64,000 bases of DNA, from contig JAIEOM010000031.1 of the NCBI GenBank assembly GCA_019750455.1, positions 2,810-66,809 of the forward strand, in the 5' to 3' direction. The notes under the pieces were generated by a model that made no database searches, was not told where the DNA came from, and saw nothing but the letters and a program-made list of their open reading frames with translations. Shown here piece by piece: positions 47,647 to 56,433 of this stretch (the stretch's first letter is position 1; each line of letters begins with the position of its first letter). This DNA comes from Sphingomonadales bacterium. Lineage in GTDB: Bacteria > Pseudomonadota > Alphaproteobacteria > Sphingomonadales > Sphingomonadaceae. The position numbers and the translations under genes are program-made.

Positions 47647-47967
47647 CTAGCCAGAAACACTCCCTGCCAGCCACGCAAATGTCGCCGGATGCGCCGTGTC
47701 GGCCTGCCAGCCGATGATCGCGGGCGTATCATAGGGGTGCAGCTCGCCGAGCCGCTCGACGACATCGTCCAACCGCTCGGGCGTGGTCTTGAACAGCACC
47801 GCGATTTCGCTCCCGGTGGCGCGGGCGCCGTCCCAGACGAAGCGGCTTTCGATGCTGCCGAGGATGTTGGCGCACGCGATCAGCCGGTCATCGAGCAAGG
47901 CATCAGCGGCGGCGCGGGCGCTGTCCACGTCGGGGAAGGGGCACCAGACGAGCGCCGCGCCCGACAT
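47647..47967 (-). CDS. cutA: divalent-cation tolerance protein CutA
   Basis: 106 aa; LIACANI...ESRFVWDG...LHPYDTPAI. Confidence 0.85.
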   Translation of the reverse strand: MSGAALVWCPFPDVDSARAAADALLDDRLIACANILGSIESRFVWDGARATGSEIAVLFKTTPERLDDVVERLGELHPYDTPAIIGWQADTAHPATFAWLAGSVSG

Positions 47968-49040
47968 CAGGCGGCTTTCCTGGCGGAGCCGAGGCTATGC
48001 ATCGCCCACACGGTCGCGATGACGGTCAGCGCTCCAACCAGCTGGTGCGCGGCTGCGATCCACAGCGAGACGCCGCTCATCACGGTTGCAATGCCAAGCA
48101 GCACCATCGTGCCGAAGGCGGAGTGCACTGCGACCGACGCGAAACGGTCAGTCCTGCGCACCTGCCGCGCCAGCCACACCAGCGCGATCACCGCGATCCA
48201 CGCCCACCAGCGGTGCATGAAGTGGATGAGGAAGGGATCGTTGGTCAGCGTCCACAGCACCCCGCCCGACCAATCGGTTTCGGGCACCAGCCGGCCGTTC
48301 ATCAACGGCCAGTCGTCCGCCGCGTGCCCGGCGTTCAGCCCCGCGACCCAGGCGCCGAGCAGCAGCTGGACGAACAGTACCACCCCGACCACCGCCGCAC
48401 CAGCGGTCAGCGGGGCGGGCCTCGCCGCCGGATCACGGGCAAGCAAGCGCAAGTCGCGTGCGGTCCACACCAGCCCCGCCAGCAGGAACAGCGCGGTCAG
48501 CAGGTGCGCGGCCAGCCGGAAGTGGCTCACATCGGTAAGGCTCGTCTCGCCCACGCCCGAGGACACCATGTACCAGCCCAGCGCGCCCTGCCCGCAGATC
48601 AGCGCGAACATTGCACCCAGTCGCCAGCCGTAGCCCGCCGGGATCGCCCGGCGCACCGCGAAGACGATCAGCGGCAGCAGGAAGGCAAGGCCGATCACCC
48701 GGCCAAGGATGCGGTGGAACCACTCCCAGAAGAAGATGAACTTGAACGCTGCCAGATCCATCCCCGCCGGGCCGCTTTCCATGCGGTATTCGGCGGTGAG
48801 GCGATACTTGGCGAATTCCGCGGCCCACGCGCTTTCCGTGAGCGGCGGCAGGATACCGCTGACCACGTTCCATTCAGTGATCGACAGCCCGCTTTCGGTC
48901 AGCCGGGTGATCCCGCCGACAACCACGATCGTCACTACCAGCAGCGCGACCATCTCGAGCCAGCGCGCAATGGCGAGCGGGCGGGCGGCGCTTGCGGAGG
49001 CAGGCGGGAACAGGTTCGACACGGAGGCGGAGGTGGCCAT
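47967..49040 (-). CDS. ctaA: heme A synthase (COX15/CtaA family)
   Basis: Internal ATG 49040; VGGITRLTESGLSITEW, multiple TM with conserved His. Confidence 0.8.
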   Translation of the reverse strand: MATSASVSNLFPPASASAARPLAIARWLEMVALLVVTIVVVGGITRLTESGLSITEWNVVSGILPPLTESAWAAEFAKYRLTAEYRMESGPAGMDLAAFKFIFFWEWFHRILGRVIGLAFLLPLIVFAVRRAIPAGYGWRLGAMFALICGQGALGWYMVSSGVGETSLTDVSHFRLAAHLLTALFLLAGLVWTARDLRLLARDPAARPAPLTAGAAVVGVVLFVQLLLGAWVAGLNAGHAADDWPLMNGRLVPETDWSGGVLWTLTNDPFLIHFMHRWWAWIAVIALVWLARQVRRTDRFASVAVHSAFGTMVLLGIATVMSGVSLWIAAAHQLVGALTVIATVWAMHSLGSARKAA

Positions 49041-49145
49041 GACCGGCGCTATTTGTCCCCCCGCCGTCTCTTGCGCAAGCCCGTTCGCCGCAAAGCGCCG
49101 TGCGATAAGCGCAAGTCGGGCTTGCACGATGTAACAACATTACAT

Positions 49146-49550
49146 ATGTGCGGTGACGATATGCCCCCTGAAGCTCTTCCCCCCGCGAGTCGCCCCTCGC
49201 TCCGGCGCCGACTCGACCAGTTCGGGATCGGGCTGGCCGGGCTGTGCGCCTTGCATTGCCTGCTGACGCTGGGGGTTGTCTCCGCGCTCGGGCTGGGCGG
49301 GCATTTTCTGATGGACGAGAACATCCACCGCATCGGCCTGGTGCTGGCTCTGGGCGTGGCATCCTGGGCTATCGGCTGGGGCATGCTGCGTCACGGGCGG
49401 CGCCTTCCCTTTGCGGTCGCGCTCGGGGGGCTGGCGCTGATGGCTGTCGCGCTGCTGGTGCCCCACGGGACCAACGAATTGCTGCTGACCCTGTTCGGCG
49501 TCATCATCGTGTCGGCGGCGCACTGGCTGAACCTGCGCGCCGCGCACTGA
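49146..49550 (+). CDS. MerC-domain-like membrane protein
   Basis: Only the last 134 codons of shadow ORF 47997..49550 look real: [16 protein letters not shown] plus 3 further TM; start 49146 or 49161. Confidence 0.45.
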   Translation: MCGDDMPPEALPPASRPSLRRRLDQFGIGLAGLCALHCLLTLGVVSALGLGGHFLMDENIHRIGLVLALGVASWAIGWGMLRHGRRLPFAVALGGLALMAVALLVPHGTNELLLTLFGVIIVSAAHWLNLRAAH

Positions 49551-49602
49551 TCAAGATCAGCACTGGGCAAAACGCGCGGTTGCGCATGGGGCGCGAGGGA
49601 CT

Positions 49603-50592
49603 ATGTCACCGCCCATGAGCAAGAGCATCACCCTCAACGGCGCCCCGCACCGGACAGCGGCCCTCACCATCGCCGATCTGGTCCGCGAACTTGAGCTTGC
49701 GCCCGAAAAGGTCGCCGTGGAGCGCAATGGCGCCATCGTCCCCCGTTCGACCCTCGCGGATGCCCCGTTGGCCGAGGGCGACACGCTGGAAATCGTGCAC
49801 TTCGTGGGCGGCGGCGATCACGCTGCCGATACCTGGACTGTCGCTGGCCGCACTTTCACCTCGCGGCTGATCGTCGGCACGGGCAAGTACAAGAGCTTCG
49901 AACAGAACGCCGCCGCCGTGGAAGCCTCGGGCGCGGAGATCGTCACGGTCGCGGTGCGGCGTGTGAATGTCAGCGATCCCAAGGCGCCGATGCTGACCGA
50001 TTTCATCGACCCCAAAAAGATCACCTACCTCCCCAACACCGCAGGCTGCTTCACCGGTGATGAAGCCGTGCGCACGCTCCGGCTGGCGCGCGAGGCGGGG
50101 GGGTGGGACCTCGTAAAGCTCGAAGTGCTGGGCGAGGCGCGCACGCTTTACCCCGATATGCGCGAGACGCTGAAGGCCACTGAAGTGCTCGCCAAGGAGG
50201 GCTTCCACCCGATGGTCTACTGCGCCGACGATCCGATTGCGGCCAAGCAGCTGGAAGACGCGGGCGCTGTGGCGATCATGCCCTTGGGCGCGCCGATCGG
50301 CTCCGGCCTCGGCATTCAGAACCGCGTGACGATCCGGCTGATCGTGGAAGGAGCAAAGGTCCCCGTGCTGGTCGACGCGGGGGTCGGCACAGCGTCCGAC
50401 GCGGCGGTCGGCATGGAGCTGGGGTGTGACGGCATCCTGATGAACACCGCCATCGCCGAGGCCAAGGACCCGATCCGCATGGCCCGCGCGATGAAGCTGG
50501 CGGTCGAGGCCGGGCGAGAAGCCTACCTCGCGGGCCGCATGGCGCGGCGGATGTATGCCGATCCCAGCAGTCCGCTGGCCGGGTTGATCTGA
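49603..50592 (+). CDS. thiG: fused sulfur-carrier ThiS / thiazole synthase ThiG
   Basis: N-terminal ~67 aa ThiS-like ending EIVHFVGGG, continuing in frame into [21 protein letters not shown]... ThiG; likely start ATG 49615. Confidence 0.85.
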   Translation: MSPPMSKSITLNGAPHRTAALTIADLVRELELAPEKVAVERNGAIVPRSTLADAPLAEGDTLEIVHFVGGGDHAADTWTVAGRTFTSRLIVGTGKYKSFEQNAAAVEASGAEIVTVAVRRVNVSDPKAPMLTDFIDPKKITYLPNTAGCFTGDEAVRTLRLAREAGGWDLVKLEVLGEARTLYPDMRETLKATEVLAKEGFHPMVYCADDPIAAKQLEDAGAVAIMPLGAPIGSGLGIQNRVTIRLIVEGAKVPVLVDAGVGTASDAAVGMELGCDGILMNTAIAEAKDPIRMARAMKLAVEAGREAYLAGRMARRMYADPSSPLAGLI

Positions 50593-50603
50593 GCAAAAAC
50601 CAC

Positions 50604-50619
50604 CTAACACTAAATTAAC
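50604..50619 (+). promoter_or_regulatory. CtrA-box-like motif cTAA-N7-TTAAC
   Basis: ctaacactaaattaac, one mismatch to TTAA-N7-TTAAC, ~43 bp upstream of ATG 50662. Confidence 0.2.
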
Positions 50620-50661
50620 CATGCCGTGCGACGTTCTCCCCGTCTGAAGGAGACACGCGCC

Positions 50662-51174
50662 ATGATGATGCCGATTGCCGAAATGCGGGAATTCGCCGGG
50701 TTCACCCCTGCCGAGCAGCGCTATATCAAGCGCAGCCTCGACATCGGCCTCGCCCGGACGGACGCCTTCCGGCGCTGGGGGCGCAGCGAGAGCGAGAATG
50801 TCGCGATCCGCCGCCAGTATGTCGCCTATCAGGATCTGAAGGCGCTCCGCTCCATGATCCCGCAGGATGATACCCCCGGCGAGGTCGAACGCTTCATCGG
50901 CAAGCTGGTGCGACTGGCGGTTTTCGATCTGGAGCAGGAGCGGCTGGCGAGCTTCTCTGCCTTCCGCTTCCTCTATGAACGCCTGCTCGGCGCAAGCGCG
51001 CGGCCCTATCTGCCCGCCGCCTTCTGCGCGGCGAGCGCCCTGCCCGCGATCCGCCCGGAGCGTCGCAAGCTGCTGCTGCAATCGCTGTCCGAAGCCGCCG
51101 CCACCGCGCCCGGCTGGTCCGAGCGGGAGCCGGTGTTCCTCCCCGAATATGTGGACGACTTCGAAGCGGCATGA
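50662..51174 (+). CDS. hypothetical protein (170 aa), no recognised domain
   Basis: AAGGAG RBS 9 nt upstream of ATG 50662 (MMMPIAEMREFAG...); ATGA overlap with downstream RHH gene. Confidence 0.55.
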   Translation: MMMPIAEMREFAGFTPAEQRYIKRSLDIGLARTDAFRRWGRSESENVAIRRQYVAYQDLKALRSMIPQDDTPGEVERFIGKLVRLAVFDLEQERLASFSAFRFLYERLLGASARPYLPAAFCAASALPAIRPERRKLLLQSLSEAAATAPGWSEREPVFLPEYVDDFEAA

Positions 51175-51452
51175 GTAAGAGGGAGGGCATGGAGCCTTCC
51201 CCCTATCACCCGCCGGTCAAACGCTCGCTTAGCATCGCGGGCCACCAGACCTCGATCAGCCTTGAACCGCTGTTTTGGGAGATGCTGAAGGCCGCCGCCC
51301 TGCGCGAGGGGCTGGCGGTCGCTGCTCTGGTCGCCCGGATCGATGCCGAACGGATCAAATCGCCCACCCCGCCGGGTTTGGCGAGTGCGATCCGGGTGTG
51401 GCTGGTCCTGCATGATGGCCGCCCGAATGTTTCACGTGAAACATTGGCGTGA
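51171..51452 (+). CDS. ribbon-helix-helix domain protein (RHH_4-like)
   Basis: KRSLSIAGHQTSISLEPLFWEMLKAAALREGLAVAALVARID resembles the alphaproteobacterial RHH_4 family (from memory); last 9 codons carry a parS site. Confidence 0.55.
   Translation: MSKREGMEPSPYHPPVKRSLSIAGHQTSISLEPLFWEMLKAAALREGLAVAALVARIDAERIKSPTPPGLASAIRVWLVLHDGRPNVSRETLA
51428..51443. promoter_or_regulatory. parS site 8, perfect (20-bp form), distal
   Basis: Exact palindrome in the last codons of the RHH gene (NVSRETLA-stop), ~25 kb from candidate oriC on the opposite side. Confidence 0.85.
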
Positions 51453-51548
51453 CAGCCCGAAAACGGGGAGGCAAGCGGGGGTCAGGCAGGGGGCAAGGCG
51501 GGTCTGGCCGGGGTCTGGCCCGGCTCGAGGCCCGCTCAGGCCGGGTCC

Positions 51549-52829
51549 TTAGTCGTCCACCCGCTCGATATCCGCACCCACCAGCTGGAGCTTCTCTTCC
51601 AGCCGCTCGTAACCGCGGTCGAGGTGATAGAGGCGACGCACCGTCGTCTCGCCCTCGGCCGCCAGCCCGGCGATCACGAGGCTCATCGAGGCGCGCAGGT
51701 CGGTTGCCATCACTTCCGCGCCGGTCAGGCGGTTAACACCCTTGACCACGGCGGTGCGGCCTTCGGTGGTGATGTCCGCGCCCATGCGGATCAGCTCCGG
51801 CACGTGCATGAAGCGGTTCTCGAAGATCGTTTCCTTGAGCACGCTCGCCCCTTCGGCCTTGCACAGCAGCGCCATCAGCTGGGCCTGCATGTCGGTGGCG
51901 AGGCCCGGATAGGGCGCGGTGGTGAGGTTGGTCGCCTTCAATCGCCCGCTCGCGCCGACGGTGATGCTCTTGGCATCCCACGACACGTCGCAGCCGATGG
52001 CTTGCAGCGCGTGGATCGTCGCCATCATCTCGTCCCCGCGCGCGCCTTCAAGCCGCACTTCGCCCCCGGTGATCGCCGCCGCGCAGGCATAGGAGCCCGC
52101 CTCGATCCGGTCGGGCATCACGCGGTAGGTTGCGCCGTGAAGGCGCTTGACGCCGTGGATGGTGAGGTTCGACGTGCCGATCCCCTCGATCTCCGCCCCC
52201 ATCGCCACCAGCATGTTGCACAGGTCGACGATTTCCGGCTCGCGCGCGGCGTTGAACAGTCGGCTGGTGCCGTTCGCCAGCACCGCGGCCATCAGCGCGT
52301 TCTCGGTCGCGCCGACTGACACCACGGGGAAGTCGAAGTCCCCGCCCGGCATCCCGCCATCGGGCTGATAGGCCTTCACGTAGCCCGCAGCGAGTTCAAT
52401 CTTGGCGCCGAAGGCTTCCAGCGCCTTGAGGTGCAGATCGATCGGGCGGTTGCCGATCGCACAGCCGCCGGGCATCGACACCGTCGCCTCGCCCGCTCGG
52501 GCCAGCATCGGGCCAAGCACGAGGATCGAGGCGCGCATCTTGCGCACCAGATCATAGGGCGCGACGGTGGAGGTGATGCGGGTCGCCTCCATGCTCATCA
52601 CCCGGCCGAAATCCTCGGGCCGCGTGCCCTGGATGACCGTCGTCACGCCGAACTGGTTCATCAGGTGCTGGAACCCGTCGATATCCGCAAGCCGCGGCAG
52701 GTTGCGCAGCGTCAGCGGTTCCTCGGTCAGCAGAGCGCAGGGAATGAGCGTCAACGCCGCATTCTTCGCGCCGGAAATGGGGATCGTGCCCTGGAGGCGG
52801 TTACCGCCCTTGATGATCAGCTTGTCCAT
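51549..52829 (-). CDS. murA: UDP-N-acetylglucosamine 1-carboxyvinyltransferase
   Basis: [26 protein letters not shown]. Confidence 0.96.
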   Translation of the reverse strand: MDKLIIKGGNRLQGTIPISGAKNAALTLIPCALLTEEPLTLRNLPRLADIDGFQHLMNQFGVTTVIQGTRPEDFGRVMSMEATRITSTVAPYDLVRKMRASILVLGPMLARAGEATVSMPGGCAIGNRPIDLHLKALEAFGAKIELAAGYVKAYQPDGGMPGGDFDFPVVSVGATENALMAAVLANGTSRLFNAAREPEIVDLCNMLVAMGAEIEGIGTSNLTIHGVKRLHGATYRVMPDRIEAGSYACAAAITGGEVRLEGARGDEMMATIHALQAIGCDVSWDAKSITVGASGRLKATNLTTAPYPGLATDMQAQLMALLCKAEGASVLKETIFENRFMHVPELIRMGADITTEGRTAVVKGVNRLTGAEVMATDLRASMSLVIAGLAAEGETTVRRLYHLDRGYERLEEKLQLVGADIERVDD

Positions 52830-52978
52830 TGCGCCAGCCTTAGCGAAAAGTGCATGCTGCGCAACGCTCCCGCATCACCGCACGCGCCCTATCCGAACAA
52901 TCATTGACCTGCGTTATGGCACAAGGCACGGGGACGCGAGACGCGAGGCGACCGTAAAGCAAGCAACGAGGGCAGTGA

Positions 52979-53857
52979 ATGTCTCCCAAGCCGATCCGTA
53001 AAGCCGTGTTCCCCGTTGCCGGGCTCGGCACGCGTTTCCTGCCGGCGACCAAGGTGGTCCCCAAGGAACTGCTGCCGGTGGTGGACCGCCCGCTGATCCA
53101 GTACGCCGTGGACGAGGCGCGCGAGGCGGGGATCGAGCAGATGATCTTTGTAACCGGGCGCGGCAAGACCGGGATCGTCGAACATTTCGACATCGCCTTC
53201 GAACTCGAACAGACCATGACCGAGCGGGGCAAGGACCTGTCGGTGCTCGATTGCGCGCGCGCCACGCCCGGCGATGTGATCGCGGTGCGCCAGCAGGTGC
53301 CGCTCGGCCTTGGCCACGCGATCTGGTGCGCCCGCGCGATCGTGGGGGACGAACCTTTCGCAATCTTCCTGCCCGATGAACTGATGGTCGCGAAGGAAGG
53401 CGGCACGGGCTGCATGAAGCAGATGGTGGAGGCCTATAACGACGTCGGCGGCAACCTCATCTCGGTGCTGGAAGTGCCGATGGAGCAGGTGTCCAGTTAC
53501 GGCGTGATTGCGCCGGGCGAAAGCCGGGGCGCGCTGACCGAGGTGAAGGGGCTGGTCGAAAAGCCGAAGCAGGCAGACGCCCCGTCGAACAAGATCGTCT
53601 CGGGCCGCTACATCCTCCAGCCGGAGGTGATGCGGGTGCTGGAGAATCAGGGCAAGGGCGCTGGCGGCGAAATCCAGCTGACCGACGCGATGGCGAAGAT
53701 GATCGGCCAGCAGCCGTTCCACGCCGTGACCTTCGACGGCAACCGCTACGACTGCGGCAGCAAGGTCGGCTTCGTGGAGGCGACGTTGGCGATTGCCCTG
53801 TCGCGCCCCGACATGGGCGCCGAAGTGCGCGCGATTGCGCTGGATCTGCTGAAGTAG
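52979..53857 (+). CDS. galU: UTP--glucose-1-phosphate uridylyltransferase
   Basis: KAVFPVAGLGTRFLPATKVVPKELLPVVD. Confidence 0.95.
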   Translation: MSPKPIRKAVFPVAGLGTRFLPATKVVPKELLPVVDRPLIQYAVDEAREAGIEQMIFVTGRGKTGIVEHFDIAFELEQTMTERGKDLSVLDCARATPGDVIAVRQQVPLGLGHAIWCARAIVGDEPFAIFLPDELMVAKEGGTGCMKQMVEAYNDVGGNLISVLEVPMEQVSSYGVIAPGESRGALTEVKGLVEKPKQADAPSNKIVSGRYILQPEVMRVLENQGKGAGGEIQLTDAMAKMIGQQPFHAVTFDGNRYDCGSKVGFVEATLAIALSRPDMGAEVRAIALDLLK

Positions 53858-53869
53858 AATTCAGGAAAT

Positions 53870-53982
53870 CCGTTCGCCCCGAGCCTGTCGGAAGCGAAGC
53901 TGACCCGCAGGGTCAACGGCCGTTCTTCTCTTCGCAGGTGCAGAGAAAAAAGGCGGTGCTTCGACAAGCTCGGCACGAACGG
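53870..53982. repeat. REP/MITE-like element: ~25-nt inverted repeats flanking a 62-bp core
   Basis: 53870..53895 ccgttcgccccgagcctgtcggaagc vs rc of 53958..53982 ccgttcgtgccgagcttgtcgaagc (22/25 identical, one indel). Confidence 0.6.
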
Positions 53983-53991
53983 GCTTGAGCC

Positions 53992-55791
53992 TTACTCCGC
54001 CGCTTCGCCCGCGGGCGTGCCGCCCGCATCATTGTCGCGGGTGATCGCCTTGGGCTTGGCGGGGGCAGGTTTGGCGGGCGCGGGCTTGTCAGCCTCCGCA
54101 TCCGCCGCGGCCTTGACCAGCCCGCCGAGCGAGGAGCCGTCCAGCCCCAGCTCCTTCATCAGCCCGTCGAGCACCGGTGCCTGCGCGCGGTAGGCAAGCG
54201 CGGCTGACACGGCATCGCTGGCAAGATTGCCCGAACCCGCGCCCCCGCCGTTCCCGCCGCCACTGCCGTCATTGGCCGCGCGCCCGCCATTGGTGAGGCC
54301 ATCGACCTGCACGATCTTGATCGAATCGATCGCCTCCATCGGCTTGGCGCTTTCACGGATGACTTCGGGCAGCACCTTCAGCAGCGCCATCTTGGTCTGG
54401 AGGCTGATCTGGTCGCTCGACAGGATATTCGCCGCCTCGTTGATCGCACGCTGACCGGCGGCCTCGACTTCGAAGCGCACCGCCGCCGCTTCGGCGCGGA
54501 GCTTCTCGGCCTCGGCCTCGCCCTGGGCTTCGAGGCGCAGGGCCTCGGCGCGGTTGGTGGCGGCGTCCTTTTCCGCTTCGGCCTGCACCTTGACCCCGAT
54601 GGCGTCACGTTCGGCCTGCTTGGCGGCTTCGATCAGTTCGATGGTCTTCTGACGTTCGGCGATTTCACGCTCGCGGGCGGTGGCGACGCGTTCCTCGGCC
54701 TCGACCGCCTTGGCGCGGGCTTCATCGGCCTCGGCCTTGGCCTGGCTTTCCTCGCGCGACTTGTTCTGGACCGCGATCTGCTGTTCCTGCCGGGCGATTT
54801 CGAGCGCGCGCTGCTGGACGATGCGCGCTTCCTCGACGAGGCGGTCAGCCTCGATCTGCTGGGCATCGACCTGCTTCTTGGCCTCGATCCGCGCGGCTTC
54901 CGCCTCGCGGTTGCGTTCGGCCTGCTCGCGGGCGATTTCCGCCGCCTGCGCCGCGCGCCGCACCTCGACCTCGCGCTCCTGCTCAAGGCGCGCATATTCC
55001 TGATCGCGGCTGATTTCGAAGCTGCGCTTGTCGGCTTCGAGGTTCTTGGTCTCGATCTGGACGCGGGTGTCCTGCTCGATATCGTTGCGCAGCTTCTTGC
55101 GCGCCTCGATCTGCTCGGTCAGCTTGGTGAGACCTTCGGCGTCGAAGGCGTTGTTGGCGTTGAAGTGCTCGATGCTGGTCTGGTCGAGGCCGGTGAGCGA
55201 GACCGATTCCAGCTCCAGACCGTTCATGGCGAGGTCGTTGGAGGAGACCTGCTGCACTTTCTGCACGAAGTCGGCGCGCTGTTCGTGCAGCTCGTTCATG
55301 GTCATGCCCGCCGCCACCGAACGCAGCGCGTCGACGAACTTGCCCTCGACAAGGTCCTTGAGCAGTTCCGGCTGCATGGTGCGCTGGCCCAGTGTCTGCG
55401 CGGCCATGGCAATCGCGGTCGCATCGGGGCGGACGCGGACGTAGAATTCCGCCTTCACGTCGATCCGCAGCCGATCAAGCGTGATCAGCGCCTCGGCATC
55501 GCGGCGCACCACGCTGAGGACGAGGGTGTTCATGTTGACCGGCATCGCTTCGTGGAACACCGGGAAGACCAGCGCGCCGCCGTTCATCACCACCTTCTCG
55601 CCGCCGAAGCCGGTGCGAACGAAGGCGGTTTCCTTGGTCGCGCGGCGGTAGAGGCGGATCAGGAAGACGAAGAAGATGACGAAAAACAGCACGGCGCTCA
55701 CGCCGACCACGCCGTAAGTGATGAGGCCTCCGGTGGAGGTGGCAAGATCACCGGTTGTGGTTACGTCCCCGGTGGTCGTGGTCAAAGACAT
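53992..55791 (-). CDS. flotillin/SPFH domain protein (YqiK-like)
   Basis: N-terminal TM, SPFH region (FVRTGFGGEKVV...), long Ala/Glu/Arg coiled coil. Confidence 0.85.
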   Translation of the reverse strand: MSLTTTTGDVTTTGDLATSTGGLITYGVVGVSAVLFFVIFFVFLIRLYRRATKETAFVRTGFGGEKVVMNGGALVFPVFHEAMPVNMNTLVLSVVRRDAEALITLDRLRIDVKAEFYVRVRPDATAIAMAAQTLGQRTMQPELLKDLVEGKFVDALRSVAAGMTMNELHEQRADFVQKVQQVSSNDLAMNGLELESVSLTGLDQTSIEHFNANNAFDAEGLTKLTEQIEARKKLRNDIEQDTRVQIETKNLEADKRSFEISRDQEYARLEQEREVEVRRAAQAAEIAREQAERNREAEAARIEAKKQVDAQQIEADRLVEEARIVQQRALEIARQEQQIAVQNKSREESQAKAEADEARAKAVEAEERVATAREREIAERQKTIELIEAAKQAERDAIGVKVQAEAEKDAATNRAEALRLEAQGEAEAEKLRAEAAAVRFEVEAAGQRAINEAANILSSDQISLQTKMALLKVLPEVIRESAKPMEAIDSIKIVQVDGLTNGGRAANDGSGGGNGGGAGSGNLASDAVSAALAYRAQAPVLDGLMKELGLDGSSLGGLVKAAADAEADKPAPAKPAPAKPKAITRDNDAGGTPAGEAAE

Positions 55792-55803
55792 CTGCGTTCC
55801 CCT

Positions 55804-56433
55804 TTAACTGTCCAGCCCGAGCAGCGGGCTTTCGTAGCGCACGCCGTAGAAGGTCTGCCCTTCGCGGCGCACCAGCAGGACGGTATCACCCGTCCGCAAT
55901 TCGGTTGTGGCGTCATGGGGTTCGACCATGACGAAATGGGCCTGCCCGTGGAGGTCGATCACCTTGGCGCGGGCGGGCGAGCCCGCGCGGGCGGTGCCGA
56001 TCTGGATTTCGGCATCGCGCCGCACCAGATCGTCGAGCGCGATGGCGGTGGTCTCGTCCTTGGGCATCACCGCGCCGAGCGGCCGCACGGCAAGACTGTT
56101 GAGCGGCACCGCGGCCACCCCCGCCAGCAGCGCGGCCCATCCGGCAGAAAGCGGCGCACCGAACATGTCGGCAATCAGGCTCTGCCCGATCAGCCCGATC
56201 GAGCCGAAAGCGAGCAGCAGGCTGGCCAGCCAGATCAGAAAGGGCACCCGACCGAGCCCGAGCAGCGTCGTCAGCGCCTCGCCAAAACCCCCGGCTTCGA
56301 GCCCGTCAGGCGAATCGAAATCGCCCGCGTCCTCGATCACGTCGCCAAGACCGGTGACCTGCAAAAGCGCGATCACCGCCAGCGCCACCAGCGCAAGCAG
56401 GAACGGCAGGTTGGAGGACGCAAGCAAGCTCAT
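55804..56433 (-). CDS. YqiJ/NfeD-like membrane protein with C-terminal OB-fold
   Basis: TM N-half; C-terminal GTARAGSPARAKVIDLHGQAHFVMVEP...GDTVLLV; sits upstream of the flotillin gene as in yqiJK. Confidence 0.55.
   Translation of the reverse strand: MSLLASSNLPFLLALVALAVIALLQVTGLGDVIEDAGDFDSPDGLEAGGFGEALTTLLGLGRVPFLIWLASLLLAFGSIGLIGQSLIADMFGAPLSAGWAALLAGVAAVPLNSLAVRPLGAVMPKDETTAIALDDLVRRDAEIQIGTARAGSPARAKVIDLHGQAHFVMVEPHDATTELRTGDTVLLVRREGQTFYGVRYESPLLGLDS

Noticed and set aside
47997-49145. Upstream ~380 codons of the 517-aa ORF 47997..49550(+)
   Set aside because: This part is antisense to ctaA and has extreme Arg/His/Pro/Gln composition. Only the last 134 codons (49146..49550) look like a real membrane protein.
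49551-49602. Expected TPP (THI-box) riboswitch upstream of thiSG
   Set aside because: The gap is only 52 bp, and there is no CTGAGA-type core or suitable helices here or in 49041..49145. No riboswitch is called.
49606-51081. 491-aa minus-strand ORF antisense to thiSG and the hypothetical gene
   Set aside because: Shadow ORF. The plus-strand frames carry ThiS/ThiG motifs and a good RBS.
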